Assembly: GCA_963743305.1 (NCBI GenBank)
Contig: CAVUPH010000006.1
Span: forward strand, 181,292-245,291
Length of the DNA stretch: 64,000 bases
Source: an uncultured delta proteobacterium
GTDB lineage: Bacteria > Desulfobacterota > RBG-13-43-22
Direction of reading: 5' to 3'
In this document: one piece after another, positions 1 through 10,681 of the stretch
Position numbering within the stretch: position 1 is the stretch's first letter
Layout of the letters: the number at the start of each line of letters is the position of its first letter
The notes under the pieces: generated by a model
What the model was told of the DNA's origin: nothing
What the model saw: only the letters and a program-made list of their open reading frames with translations
Database searches by the model: none
Translations under genes and position numbers: made by a program

Positions 1-1
1 T

Positions 2-868
2 TTTCTAATCGAACTCCCCCAACCGTTCCCTGGGCTGGAACGGTTTATCGGGGCCTGGGTTATACCCGGTCCACCAACTATCGTGGTGGACGTAGGCCCC
101 AGATCCTCGATCCAGGGGCTCATTCAGGATCTGAAAGCCCGAGGGCTGGAACAGATCGATTATGTGTTGCTCTCCCACATTCACATCGATCATGCCGGCG
201 GCCTGGGGCCTTTCTTAGCTGAATTTCCCCTGGCCATGGCCGTCTGCCAGGCCCAAGGCCGGAAGCATTTGCTGGACCCCGGTAAATTGTGGGAAGGAAG
301 TGTAAAAACCCTGAAAGAGATGGCCTGGGCCTATGGGTCCATAGAGCCGGTCCCGGAAGAGCGCTTAATCGATCATCTGGATTTTTCCCTTCCGGGTTTG
401 ACCATCCTGGAAACGCCGGGACATGCGCCCCATCATTTGAGCTTCGTTTATCAGGAAAGGCTTTTCGCCGGTGAGGGGGCCGGGATCTATCTCCCTTTCC
501 GAGACGGGCCTTATCTCCGACCCCCTACCCCACCCCGGTTCTTTTTTGATCAGGCTGTGGCCAGTGTCGACCAAATGCTGGCTTTAGCAGACCGGCCCAT
601 CTTTTTTGCTCATTTGGGCGCATTTCCCCATAGCCGGGAAATCCTGGGCGAATACCGGCAGCAGCTCTACCGCTGGCTGGATGCTACCCGGCAGGCCCTG
701 GAATCCCACCCCGACGATCCGCTGGAAGCGGCCGCCACAGCGCTGTTGGATCAGGACCCCTGTCTGAAAAATTTCCGATTGCTGGATGAAAAGGCCCAAC
801 AGCGGGAGCGCACCTTCATGCAAAACAGCCTGGCCGGCTTTGCGGGTTATTTGCGGGACCGGTCTTAG
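2..868 (+). CDS. MBL-fold metallo-hydrolase (5' partial)
   Basis: HIHIDHAGG metal motif, TPGHAPHH; frame is open back to the window start (FLIELPQPFPG...). Confidence 0.9.
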   Translation, partial: FLIELPQPFPGLERFIGAWVIPGPPTIVVDVGPRSSIQGLIQDLKARGLEQIDYVLLSHIHIDHAGGLGPFLAEFPLAMAVCQAQGRKHLLDPGKLWEGSVKTLKEMAWAYGSIEPVPEERLIDHLDFSLPGLTILETPGHAPHHLSFVYQERLFAGEGAGIYLPFRDGPYLRPPTPPRFFFDQAVASVDQMLALADRPIFFAHLGAFPHSREILGEYRQQLYRWLDATRQALESHPDDPLEAAATALLDQDPCLKNFRLLDEKAQQRERTFMQNSLAGFAGYLRDRS

Positions 869-971
869 GTGCTTATTCCATTATTCTGAGAATTTGTCTT
901 TAAATCTGTTCAGTGGTTTTTATTACAGCCAAAAATATTTCAAATCTTTTCGGCTGGTTTTGAGGTGGGCA

Positions 972-1757
972 ATGGATAAAGCAGGGATAAGGGAAACTGC
1001 CCGGCAATGGTTCAAAGACCTGGCTCCCGTTATCCTCGTCTTGTCTTTCTCCCTTGTTTTTCAGCTTTTTTGGGGGAACCCCCCTTCTACGGACGGCTGG
1101 AGGGTGGTCTACCGGGTAATTCTTCGATTTTTCCGCTATGCCGTTTTTCTCTGCCTCCCCCTCTACCTGGTAAAACCCATCTACAACTCGGTTCTTAAGA
1201 AGAAAAGTCTGATTTTAGTCCAGATCGAGCCCGCCGGGAGATTAACTATCAGCCGCCTTACGCATTGGCTTTTCCGGCCGTTTCAAGGTATCGGGATAGC
1301 CTTTATTTTTGCTACCAAGCTGTTGGCCGTCATCCAAATAATCTCCGGCCCTTCTCCGAACTCTTCTGTTCCCTTTACCCCCGGTCATTTTCAGACGGGT
1401 AGACTTCTGGTCGCTGCGGGTATCACCATAGTAATCTCCCTCCTGTTATCCACCCTCTGGACTTTTGACGATCTCGGGGTTCGGTACCATAACCGGAGGG
1501 ATCAAGAGCTGAAGATGGTCGGGAAGTATATCGGGACTCTGATGCCGACAGTTTTCGGGCTTTATGGAATTTTCAGCCTCTACGCCCATTATCCCGGAGA
1601 AGGTGCCCTTATCCATGTCTTTCGAATTATCATCGCCTTGTATCCCCCGCTGGTATTCTTTGCCGTCATTCATACTTATTTTATCAGGAGCAGGCTCGAA
1701 TATTTTTCCGGAAGGGTTCCCCTCATGAAAGGAGGGATTTGGCGGGGTCAAGAGTGA
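972..1757 (+). CDS. hypothetical integral membrane protein
   Basis: Several hydrophobic segments; ATG at 972 after GAGGT RBS (ORF track start at 786 overlaps the previous gene). Confidence 0.7.
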   Translation: MDKAGIRETARQWFKDLAPVILVLSFSLVFQLFWGNPPSTDGWRVVYRVILRFFRYAVFLCLPLYLVKPIYNSVLKKKSLILVQIEPAGRLTISRLTHWLFRPFQGIGIAFIFATKLLAVIQIISGPSPNSSVPFTPGHFQTGRLLVAAGITIVISLLLSTLWTFDDLGVRYHNRRDQELKMVGKYIGTLMPTVFGLYGIFSLYAHYPGEGALIHVFRIIIALYPPLVFFAVIHTYFIRSRLEYFSGRVPLMKGGIWRGQE

Positions 1758-1789
1758 GACGGTGAACCAAAAAAGGCCCGCCAAGGCGG

Positions 1790-1862
1790 GAGGAAAACCC
1801 TTTCGCCGATACCCGACGGCCACGGAGGCCCAATTCCAGGTTAATCTACCCGGATTGTACCC
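1790..1862 (+). repeat. fragment (right arm) of the ~330-bp MITE-like family
   Basis: ggaaaaccctttcgccga..cggccacgga..ccaggttaatctaccc matches 3398-3458. Confidence 0.75.
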
Positions 1863-1941
1863 GCCCATTTACAAACCCAGGAAAGCCGATTAATATAGGA
1901 AAATAGCATTCTATAGTTGCCTTACTAAAGGAGGTACTCTC

Positions 1942-2313
1942 ATGAGCGAGCAAAATAAAAAACTGGTTTTTGTGGTAACGGCTGCGGAAGAGAGCCCGGA
2001 AAAGGCCACGATCCCCTTCGTCCTGGGGAACACCGCCTTGGCGATGGATTCCGAACCGATTATTATTCTTCAGATGACGGGCGTCTATTTGGGCATGAAG
2101 AATTACGCCCGCCACGTCCACGCGGCCGGTTTCCCGCCGTTGCAGGAACTGATCGATTTGTATCTGGAGGGCGGCGGGATCATCTATGTCTGCGAACCCT
2201 GCATCAAGGCCCGGCAAATCCTCCCCGAGGACCTGATACCCGCCGCTAAGATTGTAGCCGGCGCCACCCTGGTGGACGCCTTTTTAGAGGCTCAGAATGT
2301 AATGGTCTATTAA
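1942..2313 (+). CDS. DsrE-family protein
   Basis: EKATIPF, IYVCEPC, GATLV pattern; AAGGAGG RBS. Confidence 0.85.
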   Translation: MSEQNKKLVFVVTAAEESPEKATIPFVLGNTALAMDSEPIIILQMTGVYLGMKNYARHVHAAGFPPLQELIDLYLEGGGIIYVCEPCIKARQILPEDLIPAAKIVAGATLVDAFLEAQNVMVY

Positions 2314-2350
2314 TCCCCCTGCCCGCGACGGGCACCCCAAGCCTGAAAAT
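2311..2350 (-). repeat. ~40-bp hairpin repeat (possible terminator between convergent genes)
   Basis: GCCCG-CGA-CGGGC stem; reverse complement resembles 37415-37456 (attttca..ggtgccc..ggg..ca). Confidence 0.45.
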
Positions 2351-2353
2351 ATT

Positions 2354-3136
2354 TTATAATAAAAACTCCAGCACCGCCTGGTTGAAGCCCTTGGCCTGCT
2401 CTACGTTGGAGAGGTGGCGGGCGCCCGGCAAAATTACCAGCTTCGAATCAACCAGATGCTCTTGAATGGCCCGGGCGGCACTGACCGGCGTCCCCGAATC
2501 GTCCTCACCGACCACAATCAGCGTGGGGATTTTGATCTGCCCGAGTTTCTCCAAATAGTCCAGCTCCCTGATCGCCTGGCTGCAGCCTACGTAGCCGTTG
2601 ATCGATGTTTTCAGGAATTGACAGCGTATTTTTTCCAGAATGGGCGGGCCTTGCCTGACAAAGTCCGGAGTAAACCACCGTTCGAGGGTCGGTTCCAGTA
2701 AGGGAGCCAACCCCTCTTTCCGAACCAGTTCGATCCGTTCCTGCCAGATATCCCTGGAACCGGGTGGATTGGCGGCCGCTGTGTCACATAAGGTGAGGCT
2801 CACCAGTCTGTCCGGGTAATATAACCCCAGGGCCTGCCCGATCATCCCCCCCATGGACAATCCAACAAAATGGATCTTGGCCAGGCCCAGTTCGTCCAGA
2901 AGCCTGACCACATCTTCGGCCAATAGCTCAAAGGTATACGGCCCGGCCACCGCCTCGCTCCCCCCGTGTCCGCGGGTATCATAGCGTAAGACCTGGAAAT
3001 GAGACTCCAGCGCCGGCCGTTGCGGCTCCCACATAACCAAGCCGGACCCGAGGGAATGGCTGAGCACCACCACCGGCGCCCCTTCCTTACCGGTTACTTC
3101 ATAATTCAATAAAATTCCGTTGGCCTTGACCTGCAT
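2354..3136 (-). CDS. pcaD: 3-oxoadipate enol-lactonase-like alpha/beta hydrolase
   Basis: LSHSLG, YDTRGHG, GLSMGG nucleophile elbow, ARHLSNVEQ. Confidence 0.8.
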   Translation of the reverse strand: MQVKANGILLNYEVTGKEGAPVVVLSHSLGSGLVMWEPQRPALESHFQVLRYDTRGHGGSEAVAGPYTFELLAEDVVRLLDELGLAKIHFVGLSMGGMIGQALGLYYPDRLVSLTLCDTAAANPPGSRDIWQERIELVRKEGLAPLLEPTLERWFTPDFVRQGPPILEKIRCQFLKTSINGYVGCSQAIRELDYLEKLGQIKIPTLIVVGEDDSGTPVSAARAIQEHLVDSKLVILPGARHLSNVEQAKGFNQAVLEFLL

Positions 3137-3174
3137 GGGCTTCCTTTCAATTTTTCCTTCACTTTATTAATTTT

Positions 3175-3495
3175 GACGCTTCGCCCTTTTAGGTGGGCAT
3201 CCCCTAGATCGGGTATGGCTGTGGGGTCTCGGCGAAAGGGTTTTCCAAAGGTGCTCCGGACTTCGAATTCGGGCCTAACTTACTAATTTTATTTAAAGCA
3301 GGCCCATACTCCGAGTATTTTGATGTCTTCTCGGCTGGCCCTGCCTCCTGGAAAATTTGAAAGTAAGAGGGCCGGGTTAGAACCTAAAAAGCAATATGGA
3401 AAACCCTTTCGCCGAGACTCCACGGCCACGGAAGCCGGATTTCAGGTTAATCTACCCTATCTTGTAGCCACCCACCCAAAAGGGCGAACAACCTT
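3175..3495 (+). mobile_element. ~320-bp non-coding MITE-like element, copy A
   Basis: Terminal IR TTCGCCCTTT...AAAGGGCGAA, internal IR gtctcggcgaaagggttttcca...tggaaaaccctttcgccgagac; colinear with the reverse complement of 19955-20299. Confidence 0.8.
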
Positions 3496-3507
3496 AATTT
3501 TTCCCGA

Positions 3508-4107
3508 TCAGTAATAATACGAAAATCCGATTAGATAAACCAGACTCTGAATGCCTCCATTGGGTTTCTTAATATCCGCGTTGGAAACATGGCGATATCG
3601 AAAGGAGGTGTTGACCACCCAATGACTTCCTAGAAAATAGAGGAGGCCGAGACCGCCTTGACTGTCGAAATTAAACTGGGTGGATTGGCTATCCGTAGAC
3701 CAGGTCATGTAGTAAGGCCCGGTTCCCACTTCAATGAAAGGATAAAGCTTCTCAGTAAGCGGGAACCCATACTTGAGGAAGAAGGCCAAACCGAACTCCA
3801 TAGTATCATTAGGTTGGAGATTGTAACCGAAATGGGGCTCACACACCAACTCCAGCAAACCCTTGGGTTCCCATCCCAACTTCTTGCCCAAGGGTCTGAG
3901 GTCAAAACCAAAACGAACGCCTAAGGGGATAAACTCTAAGGTTTTTTGCCTTTCTAAATCCCCCTTCCCATATCCGGTAAAAAATCCAACTTCTTGAAGC
4001 CCTAAGCCCAAACCTCCCGCGGCTTCTTGGGGAAAAGCTCCGCCGGAGATAAAAAAAATCCCACCCAAAAACAGCAGCGTGGAGAGTTCTCGAATCGTTT
4101 TCCTCAT
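3508..4107 (-). CDS. acyloxyacyl hydrolase / PagL-like lipid A 3-O-deacylase outer-membrane protein
   Basis: Signal peptide, FNF..Q.G, RYRHVSNA..KKPNGG motif, aromatic C-terminus. Confidence 0.8.
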   Translation of the reverse strand: MRKTIRELSTLLFLGGIFFISGGAFPQEAAGGLGLGLQEVGFFTGYGKGDLERQKTLEFIPLGVRFGFDLRPLGKKLGWEPKGLLELVCEPHFGYNLQPNDTMEFGLAFFLKYGFPLTEKLYPFIEVGTGPYYMTWSTDSQSTQFNFDSQGGLGLLYFLGSHWVVNTSFRYRHVSNADIKKPNGGIQSLVYLIGFSYYY

Positions 4108-4327
4108 AGTTCCTGCCCAAAATCTCCTTTTGGTATTTCATCAACCCATCTTCCCAAATCCCAAACAAGCCGACTCGGGACGTTCCGCCAAAACCTTCAC
4201 GACCCTATTGAGAAAATCGTCAAGAAAGCGTTGGCTATCGACCTGGCCGAGGTGATCCCTTAAAACTCCCTCGGTTTCATCCTCCCTGAACGCCGCCAAT
4301 GCACCGAAACTGAGCCGGCCTCGCAGA

Positions 4328-6233
4328 TCAGCCGCCTTCGAGGTTGGTCTTTTTATCCAGCTCCTCCCAGCGAAGGTAAGCCTGTTCGATATCACGCTCC
4401 ACTTCGGCCAACCGGGTCTTAATCTTTAAAGCCTCTTCCTTCCCCTTTTTGTAAAACAAAGGGTCGGCGCTGGCCCCATAGAGTCTTTGCTGCTCCGATT
4501 CCAGGACGCTGATGCGTTGAGGCAGTCCTTCAAACTCCCGCTTTTCGTTGAATCCCAGTTTCCAGGGTTTCAGCGGTTTAGGCTTTTGAGCCGATTTTCC
4601 CCCGGCCTTTCTTCCCGGAACGGGGCGCCTCTTTCGGCTCCGGCCTTTGAAGCAGCCAGTCGTCGTATCCGCCGGCATATTCGCTGACCCGCCCATTTTC
4701 TTCGAAAACGAGGGTGCTGGTAACCACTTGATTTAAAAAGGTCCGATCATGACTTACCAGCAAAAGGGTCCCTTGAAAGTCGAAGAGCAGCTCCTCCAAC
4801 AGTTCCAGGGTTTCGGCATCCAGGTCGTTGGTCGGTTCGTCCAGCACCAGTACATTGGCCGGCTGGGTAAAAAGCTTGGCCAGCAGGAGCCTGTTTTTTT
4901 CTCCCCCGGAAAGGACCTGTACCGGCGTGCGGATTTTCTCCGCAGAAAAGAGAAAATCCCTTAGATAGCCGATCACGTGGCGCTGCTGCCCGTTCAGCAG
5001 GACAAAGTCATTCTCCTGACCGATATTTTCCAAGACCGTCTTTTGTTCATCGAGCGGGATCCTGAGCTGGTCGAAATAGGCGATCTGCAGGTGAGTGCCG
5101 TGGCGAACGCTCCCGGACTGGGGGGCCAGGTTTTTCAAAAGGATATTCAGCAGGGTGGTCTTGCCCGCCCCATTGGGCCCGATAATTCCCACCTTGTCCC
5201 CGCGCATGATCAGGGTGGAAAAATCCCGGACCACGGGGCTTTTCCCATAGGCAAAGCTCACCCGGTTGGCCTCGATAACCAGTTTTCCGGTCTTTTCCGC
5301 TTCCTGAAGCCGCAGTTTGACATTGCCTATTTTCCCGCGGCGGGCCCGGAGGGCTTCGCGCATCCGCAACAAGGCCTGGACCCGCCCCTCGTTTCTGGTT
5401 CGCCGGGCCTTGACACCCTGTCTGATCCAGGCCTCCTCCTGGGAAAGTTTTTTGTCGAACTGGTCATTTTGGTTTTCTTCGGCTTGCAAGACCGCCTGTC
5501 TACGTTCGAGATAAGTCCCATAGTCACAGTCATAGGAGAACAGGCGACCTCGATCCAGTTCCAACACCCGGGTGGCTATTTTTTTCAGAAAAGCCCGGTC
5601 ATGGGTCACAAAGAGCAGGGTCTTCACATAGCGCAGGATAAAGCCCTCCAACCATAAGATGGTCTCGATATCCAGATGGTTGGTGGGCTCATCCAGCAGC
5701 AGAATGTCCGGCTCCAGGGCCAGGGCCCGGGCGAAAAGCGCGCGGCGTTTCATCCCCGCGGAAAGGTCGGCGAATTGGGCTTCAGGGGGAAGATGGGTCC
5801 TGGACAAAATAGTCTCGATCCGTTGAGAAAGAGCTACCCAATCCTCGGACCCCGAGAGGTCGGCCGGTTCATCCCAGCTTTCAGGAACGCCCGGGATTCC
5901 CCCGGATTCAGGTCTTAGGCCGATACGGTGGTATTCGGACAGGCCCGGCCCTTTCGGACCCAGGCCGCCGGCCACCACCTCGAAGATCGTTCCCTCGAAT
6001 TCCCGGGGGACAACCTGGTCCAGGGCAGAAACGGTGAGGCCTTGCTGACGCCATACTTCCCCACTGTCCGGAAGGATTACTCCGTTCAAAAGCTTGAGCA
6101 GGGTAGACTTTCCTTCCCCGTTGCGACCCAAAAGACAGATACGCTCCCCTTTTTCGATCTGAAAGGTGATATTTTCAAGCAGCGGGGGCTTTGAGAATCC
6201 CCAGCACAGATCTCGTGCGCCGATTAAAGCCAT
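4328..6233 (-). CDS. uup: ABC-F ATPase Uup (one frameshift near 4600-4630)
   Basis: Two Walker A motifs, DEPTN motifs, WIRQGVKARRTRNEGRV linker; C-terminal domain KLGFNEKRE...YLRWEEL in the adjacent frame. Confidence 0.85.
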
Positions 6234-6263
6234 TCCTTAACCTTCTTTATCTGGGATAATATA

Positions 6264-7166
6264 TTAGCGGGTACGATCTCGAAGCTGCTGGATTAGCGGG
6301 GGTCCTTGGGCGAGATCCTGCAAATCAACTACCCCCAGAACGTATTTCCCGGAAGATTGCAGGCATACACCGCCATAAAGGGGGTCCCGGGCGCAAAGAA
6401 TTTCACCGGAGGATTCCGGTTCCCTTTTCAGGGCGCCCCCCTTTTCTTTAAGGGCCTGTTCGTAGGCCTGTATCGTCTGGCGGGCTTCCGCGATCGATTC
6501 CTCCAGGAGAACAAAGATCCGGACCGGACGGCCGTCAAGGAGGGCCTGGGCGGTTAACCCTTTCTTGAAAAAGGGATACCCCAGGACGCTCTGGGGGATA
6601 TATTTTTCGGTTTTGGGGATCAGGGCGGAAATCCCGAGTAATGTTAATTCCGGAGGGCTTTTGGATGAAGTCGGCAGATTCCTGGATATCAAACCGGCCA
6701 GGTTCAGAAAAACCGCCTGGTCTTGAGTGGCAGCACCGGAAGCATTGAGCTGAACAAAGTACCGGCCCTGGTAAAACATCAATTGCGACGGGCTGACAAA
6801 ACCCTCGATACCCGCCTTTACCGGTTCGGCCGTCGGCTTACGATAGTTGGCGTAAATCCCGAAGGCTTCCAGGTCTGAACCCATCTCGTAGACATCGGCG
6901 GCAATACCCAGTTTTTCATTGCCGTCTTTTAAGTAAAGGCCGGCGGTCAGAATCTTAAAGCCGAACTGGAGATAGAGCTCGGCCTCCCCGTTGATATATT
7001 CGAAGAGGTCTTCCCCGGTGTATTTTTTGATTGGGCCTGCCAGTGCCCACCCGGGCAATAATCCGGAAAGCGGCAGTAGCCGCGTGTCGGCTTTCGCCTC
7101 CGGCAACAGCCCGATCCCTATCAGACAAAAAAAGAGTACCTGTATTATTCCTCGGATTTTCTTCAT
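6264..7166 (-). CDS. secreted protein, DUF6599-like
   Basis: Signal peptide; LFEYINGEAELY and YEMGS..AFGIY motifs. Confidence 0.7.
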   Translation of the reverse strand: MKKIRGIIQVLFFCLIGIGLLPEAKADTRLLPLSGLLPGWALAGPIKKYTGEDLFEYINGEAELYLQFGFKILTAGLYLKDGNEKLGIAADVYEMGSDLEAFGIYANYRKPTAEPVKAGIEGFVSPSQLMFYQGRYFVQLNASGAATQDQAVFLNLAGLISRNLPTSSKSPPELTLLGISALIPKTEKYIPQSVLGYPFFKKGLTAQALLDGRPVRIFVLLEESIAEARQTIQAYEQALKEKGGALKREPESSGEILCARDPLYGGVCLQSSGKYVLGVVDLQDLAQGPPLIQQLRDRTR

Positions 7167-7201
7167 GGTGTCCGGTTGTTCTTCCGATTGGTTTCAGAGC
7201 G

Positions 7202-8371
7202 CTAGGCAAATACCCGTTTGGCCCGCTCCAGCTTGGCCGGGATATCGATCCCGTTTACACAGGAAGCCGTACATTCCGAACAATCCAGACAGGACTTCAA
7301 GGAGGCCTGAGGGGGGATTTCCCGATAGGTATCCATGGCCAAGTCTAGACTGTCGTAGGCTTCGGCGTACATCAGGGAACGGTTGATGTCGCTGATGGCC
7401 ACTCCGCGAGAACAGAATCCCTCGCAGCTTCCGCAGAACTGACAGTAATAAGGACTGATGGCCTGACCATACCTTTTCAGGATCTGTTCATCCGCTCGGG
7501 TCAGGGCCATCCCCATGACGGCCAGATCCTCCCGGAGATGCGCGAGATCCTTCATCCCCGGGATGGCCGCCGTTATGTGGGTATCCTGCAAGGCCCACTT
7601 CAAAGCGGCCTGGTGTGGGCTGACCGGCCCCAGGGCCGAGGTCTGATACCCTCCGGCCTGGGTCTTCATGGCCACGATGCCGATCCCGGCCTGGGAGGCC
7701 CGGGCGATGGCTTGCTTGATTTCCGGGGGACTTTTAAAATTGTAGCCCACCAGGGCCACGTCGAAGAAGCGGTCCGGGTCGTCGGCCAGGGCATTGACGA
7801 CTTCGGCTTGGTTGGTGTGGGTAGTCACCCCGAAAAACCGGACCTTGCCCTGCTTCCGCAATTGGACCAGGGCCTCCCGCACTTCCGGAAGGAAGGCCCG
7901 CTCTTTACTTTTGAGGCTATGGAGCTGGAGGACATCGAGGTAATCCGTCTGGAGCTCGGTAAGGCTCTCCTCCACGTCCCGAAAGATTTCTTTTTGGGTA
8001 TCCGAGGTGGGTCGGGCTTTGGTGGCCAGATAGATTTTGTCTCGCCGCCCCTTGATGGCCTGGGCCACGATCCCCTCGTTCTTACCGTTCATGTAACGTC
8101 GGGCCGTATCGATGTAGTTGATGCCCTGGTCCAGGCCGGCCCGGATGACTTCCGGCTCCGGCGTCAGCATGGCCCCGAAGCTGACCACCGTGATTTTCAG
8201 GCCGGTGCGGCCCAAGGTCCGGTAAACCGGGACGGCTTTTTCAGCCGAGGTCATCGAAACGCCCTCGGCAATTTCGTTTAATCCGGTGAGCCCCAGGGCT
8301 GCGGCGGCCCCTCCGCAAACACCCGCCTTGATAAATTGCCGACGGTTTATTTTTTTATCAATGTTTTCCAA
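7202..8371 (-). CDS. Tat-signal aldo/keto reductase with C-terminal Fe-S domain
   Basis: NRRQFIK twin-arginine motif, YRTLGRTG, IDTARRY, CQFCGSC..C and CLDCSEC..C; TTG start at 8371 after GGAGGT. Confidence 0.85.
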   Translation of the reverse strand: MENIDKKINRRQFIKAGVCGGAAAALGLTGLNEIAEGVSMTSAEKAVPVYRTLGRTGLKITVVSFGAMLTPEPEVIRAGLDQGINYIDTARRYMNGKNEGIVAQAIKGRRDKIYLATKARPTSDTQKEIFRDVEESLTELQTDYLDVLQLHSLKSKERAFLPEVREALVQLRKQGKVRFFGVTTHTNQAEVVNALADDPDRFFDVALVGYNFKSPPEIKQAIARASQAGIGIVAMKTQAGGYQTSALGPVSPHQAALKWALQDTHITAAIPGMKDLAHLREDLAVMGMALTRADEQILKRYGQAISPYYCQFCGSCEGFCSRGVAISDINRSLMYAEAYDSLDLAMDTYREIPPQASLKSCLDCSECTASCVNGIDIPAKLERAKRVFA

Positions 8372-8398
8372 AATAACCTCCGCAAATGCTCTCGAGTC

Positions 8399-8439
8399 GT
8401 CATTGCGAGGAGTCACTTAGGCGTGACGACAAAGTAATC
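8399..8439 (+). repeat. degenerate GTCATTGCGAG REP-like unit
   Basis: gtcattgcgaggag-(tcacttaggcgtga)-cgacaaagtaatc. Confidence 0.6.
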
Positions 8440-8450
8440 CCTATTTCAGC

Positions 8451-8975
8451 TTACTCCACCAACAACTTGGTTACTTCCCCCAGACATTTTTCCACCCATT
8501 GGTCCAGCACCGCATTCGCGGTGGCATTGATGGGATGAGGGATCAGGACAAAAGGATAATCCGGGAAACCATGGGCCAGGGCCATGGCCTTGCCGGAGGA
8601 CAGGAAGGGTTCGGTACAAATCACCGCCGTGGGTCGACCCAGCTTCTCCATGATGATGCCATCGAGCACACTGCCCGAGCTGCAGGAGCCTCAGTCCCCG
8701 ACCCCGGCAATAACCACCTGGCATTGCTCAGCCAGTATTTGGGCTTGATCGGCCGGGAGGCCGTGGGATACGGATGGCTTACGAACGTAGCGGTGACCGG
8801 CCAATCCCTCCCGGGCCAGCAATTTTTCCAGTATCCCCTTCAAGAGGTAATCGGAATTTTTTTTGCCGTTGTCAATGACCCCCAGGGTCACTCCCTTAAG
8901 TTTTTCCGGTCGCGGGGCCAGGGTAAAACTGGTTTTTATGGGTCCGTCGGTCGGATCCAGTACAATATAAGACAT
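8451..8975 (-). CDS. UGSC-family selenoprotein (Sec at TGA 8693-8691)
   Basis: ORFs 8691-8987 and 8451-8669 are in frame: ...AGVGD-U-GSCSSGSVLDGIIMEKLGRP...; hairpin follows the UGA. Confidence 0.9.
8662..8678 (-). promoter_or_regulatory. SECIS-like hairpin of the UGSC gene
   Basis: TCGGGCA-GTG-TGCTCGA beginning 13 nt after UGA. Confidence 0.75.
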
Positions 8976-9026
8976 GGGGTCCCTCACCTATTATTCCAAT
9001 AGAATTTGATTCTGACAGGTTCACAG

Positions 9027-9054
9027 TCGGATTTCGAATTTCGGGTTTCGAATT
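9027..9054. repeat. 4x heptamer tandem repeat (TCGRRTT)
   Basis: tcggatt tcgaatt tcgggtt tcgaatt. Confidence 0.7.
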
Positions 9055-9062
9055 TTTTCTTT

Positions 9063-10154
9063 TCAGGTCGCCGGCCCCAACTGGGCCAGGGAGCGGGTTC
9101 AACCCCCGCCCGAACAGGTGCCGGCTTCAATCGGCCAGGTCACCGCCTTGGACATGTGCCTCCCGCCCCAGCCCGGGATAAAGGCCGAAAACCTCCCGGC
9201 TACTCCGCCGGCCATAATCAACAAAATATGGTTCGGGGAGGATACCGCCCTGATCATAGTGGTTTCATCCGCCGGGACTAGCGGCGCTTCAATCAGGCCG
9301 CCCCGTTTAAGATCGGCCAGGGGTCGGCAGGCTCGTTCATAAAGAAACTGCCGGACCCGATCTTTCTGCCACCCGCCCTCAATCAGCGTCTGGTAATGTT
9401 CCCGGCAGAGGACCACCACCCCTTCCGTATCCCCCAACATATTAAAGCTGCCCAGGCTGCGCATGCGGTCGGCCATGGTCAGCAAGATGTTTTCCGGTTT
9501 CAAGGCCCCGTGATTCTGAACCTGGTTGGGTCCTTCCGCCGCGAAAACCGTCACCGTGGCGCTCTCCCGGGGAAAACCCCGGGTCACTTGCAACGGCTCC
9601 CAACGGCTGTCTTCCTCTTCGGCGATACAATAGGTGTATTTTCCCGGGTTCCCCAAGGTACCTCGATCGAATTCTCTCCCCCCCAGATTAAACAGGATCA
9701 GACGGATCGCCCGGCCGATGGTGGCGTTGGCCCGATGGCCCGGCCCGAAAACATTTTGGCCGCTGTTCAATCCGATCTCCCGGATGATCGGTCCGTTGAC
9801 GATCATTAAAATGGCGGTCCCGGCCGTGGTGGCCGTTACACCGTGCAAACCGAAATCGGGGTGGCTCATAGCCCGCACCGCCGCCACCACCACCGGAAAA
9901 TATTCCGGGAGGCACCCGGCCATGACGGCATTGATGGCCGCCTTTTCCGCCGTGAAGACCCGGTTTCGTTCCGGAATGGATCCCAAGATTTCCGTTGACG
10001 GCAGTTGGGCCGCCGCCAGAAAAGCCCTTACTTTTTCCTCGGTCGGCGGGATGATCGGGAGGCCGTCGGTCCAGCCTCGGTCGTAAAAGTGGTCCCGGGC
10101 CTGCTCGGCATCACTGAACTCCAGCCTGTCGGCATTTCCCAAATTGATTAACAT
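9063..10154 (-). CDS. UGSC-associated protein, candidate C-terminal selenocysteine (TGA 9101-9099); ends at 9099 if not recoded
   Basis: GWTDGLPIIPPT, AINAVMAGC, ANATIGRA motifs; ends CSGGG-UGA-TRSLAQLGPAT-stop. Confidence 0.75.
9071..9089 (-). promoter_or_regulatory. candidate SECIS hairpin
   Basis: CTGGCCC-AGTTG-GGGCCGG beginning 10 nt after UGA, loop G at +18. Confidence 0.55.
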
Positions 10155-10169
10155 TCCGTTTCTCCCAAG

Positions 10170-10646
10170 TTATCTTCCGGTGGGGGTCTCCCAGACCATG
10201 ACCCAGGCATCCTCTCCTTCCGGGGCATAATATCGGGGCCGGTGGTACAGCACCTTAAATCCCAACCTTTCGTAAAGTCCAATGGCCGCCTGGTTGGAAG
10301 GGCGGACTTCTAAAAATATTTTTTCGGCTTCTCGGCTTTCAGCTTCCTGAAGGAGATGATTCAGCAGCTTTCGTCCCAGGCCTTTACCCCGCAGGTCCGG
10401 GTGAACCGCAATATTCACCAATTGCAATTCCCCGGACAGGGTCCAAAAACAACTATATCCCAGCACCCTTTCCCCCGGCATTTCCTTAAGGACGAAGAGG
10501 CTGGCCGGGTACTTGGCCAGCTCTTCCTGGAACATGGCCCGGGTCCACGGATGGTGGAAGGAAGCCTGCTCGATGGCCCAAACGGCCTCCAGGTCTTTTT
10601 TCCGCGCCGCTTCAATAACCAGAAAATCCGAGGGAACGATGTTCAA
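10170..10646 (-). CDS. rimI: ribosomal protein S18 alanine N-acetyltransferase
   Basis: IEQASFHHPW, NIAVHP..RGKGLG, LEVRPSN..A..LY, EDA motifs. Confidence 0.9.
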   Translation of the reverse strand: MNIVPSDFLVIEAARKKDLEAVWAIEQASFHHPWTRAMFQEELAKYPASLFVLKEMPGERVLGYSCFWTLSGELQLVNIAVHPDLRGKGLGRKLLNHLLQEAESREAEKIFLEVRPSNQAAIGLYERLGFKVLYHRPRYYAPEGEDAWVMVWETPTGR

Positions 10647-10681
10647 AGGGATAAAAGGCCGGGCCGATCCTCTCCGGAGAG

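Noticed and set aside
4137-4263. Coding-like tail DPIEKIVKKALAIDLAEVIP on + strand
   Set aside because: No credible start or RBS and no recognisable family; at most an unidentifiable remnant.
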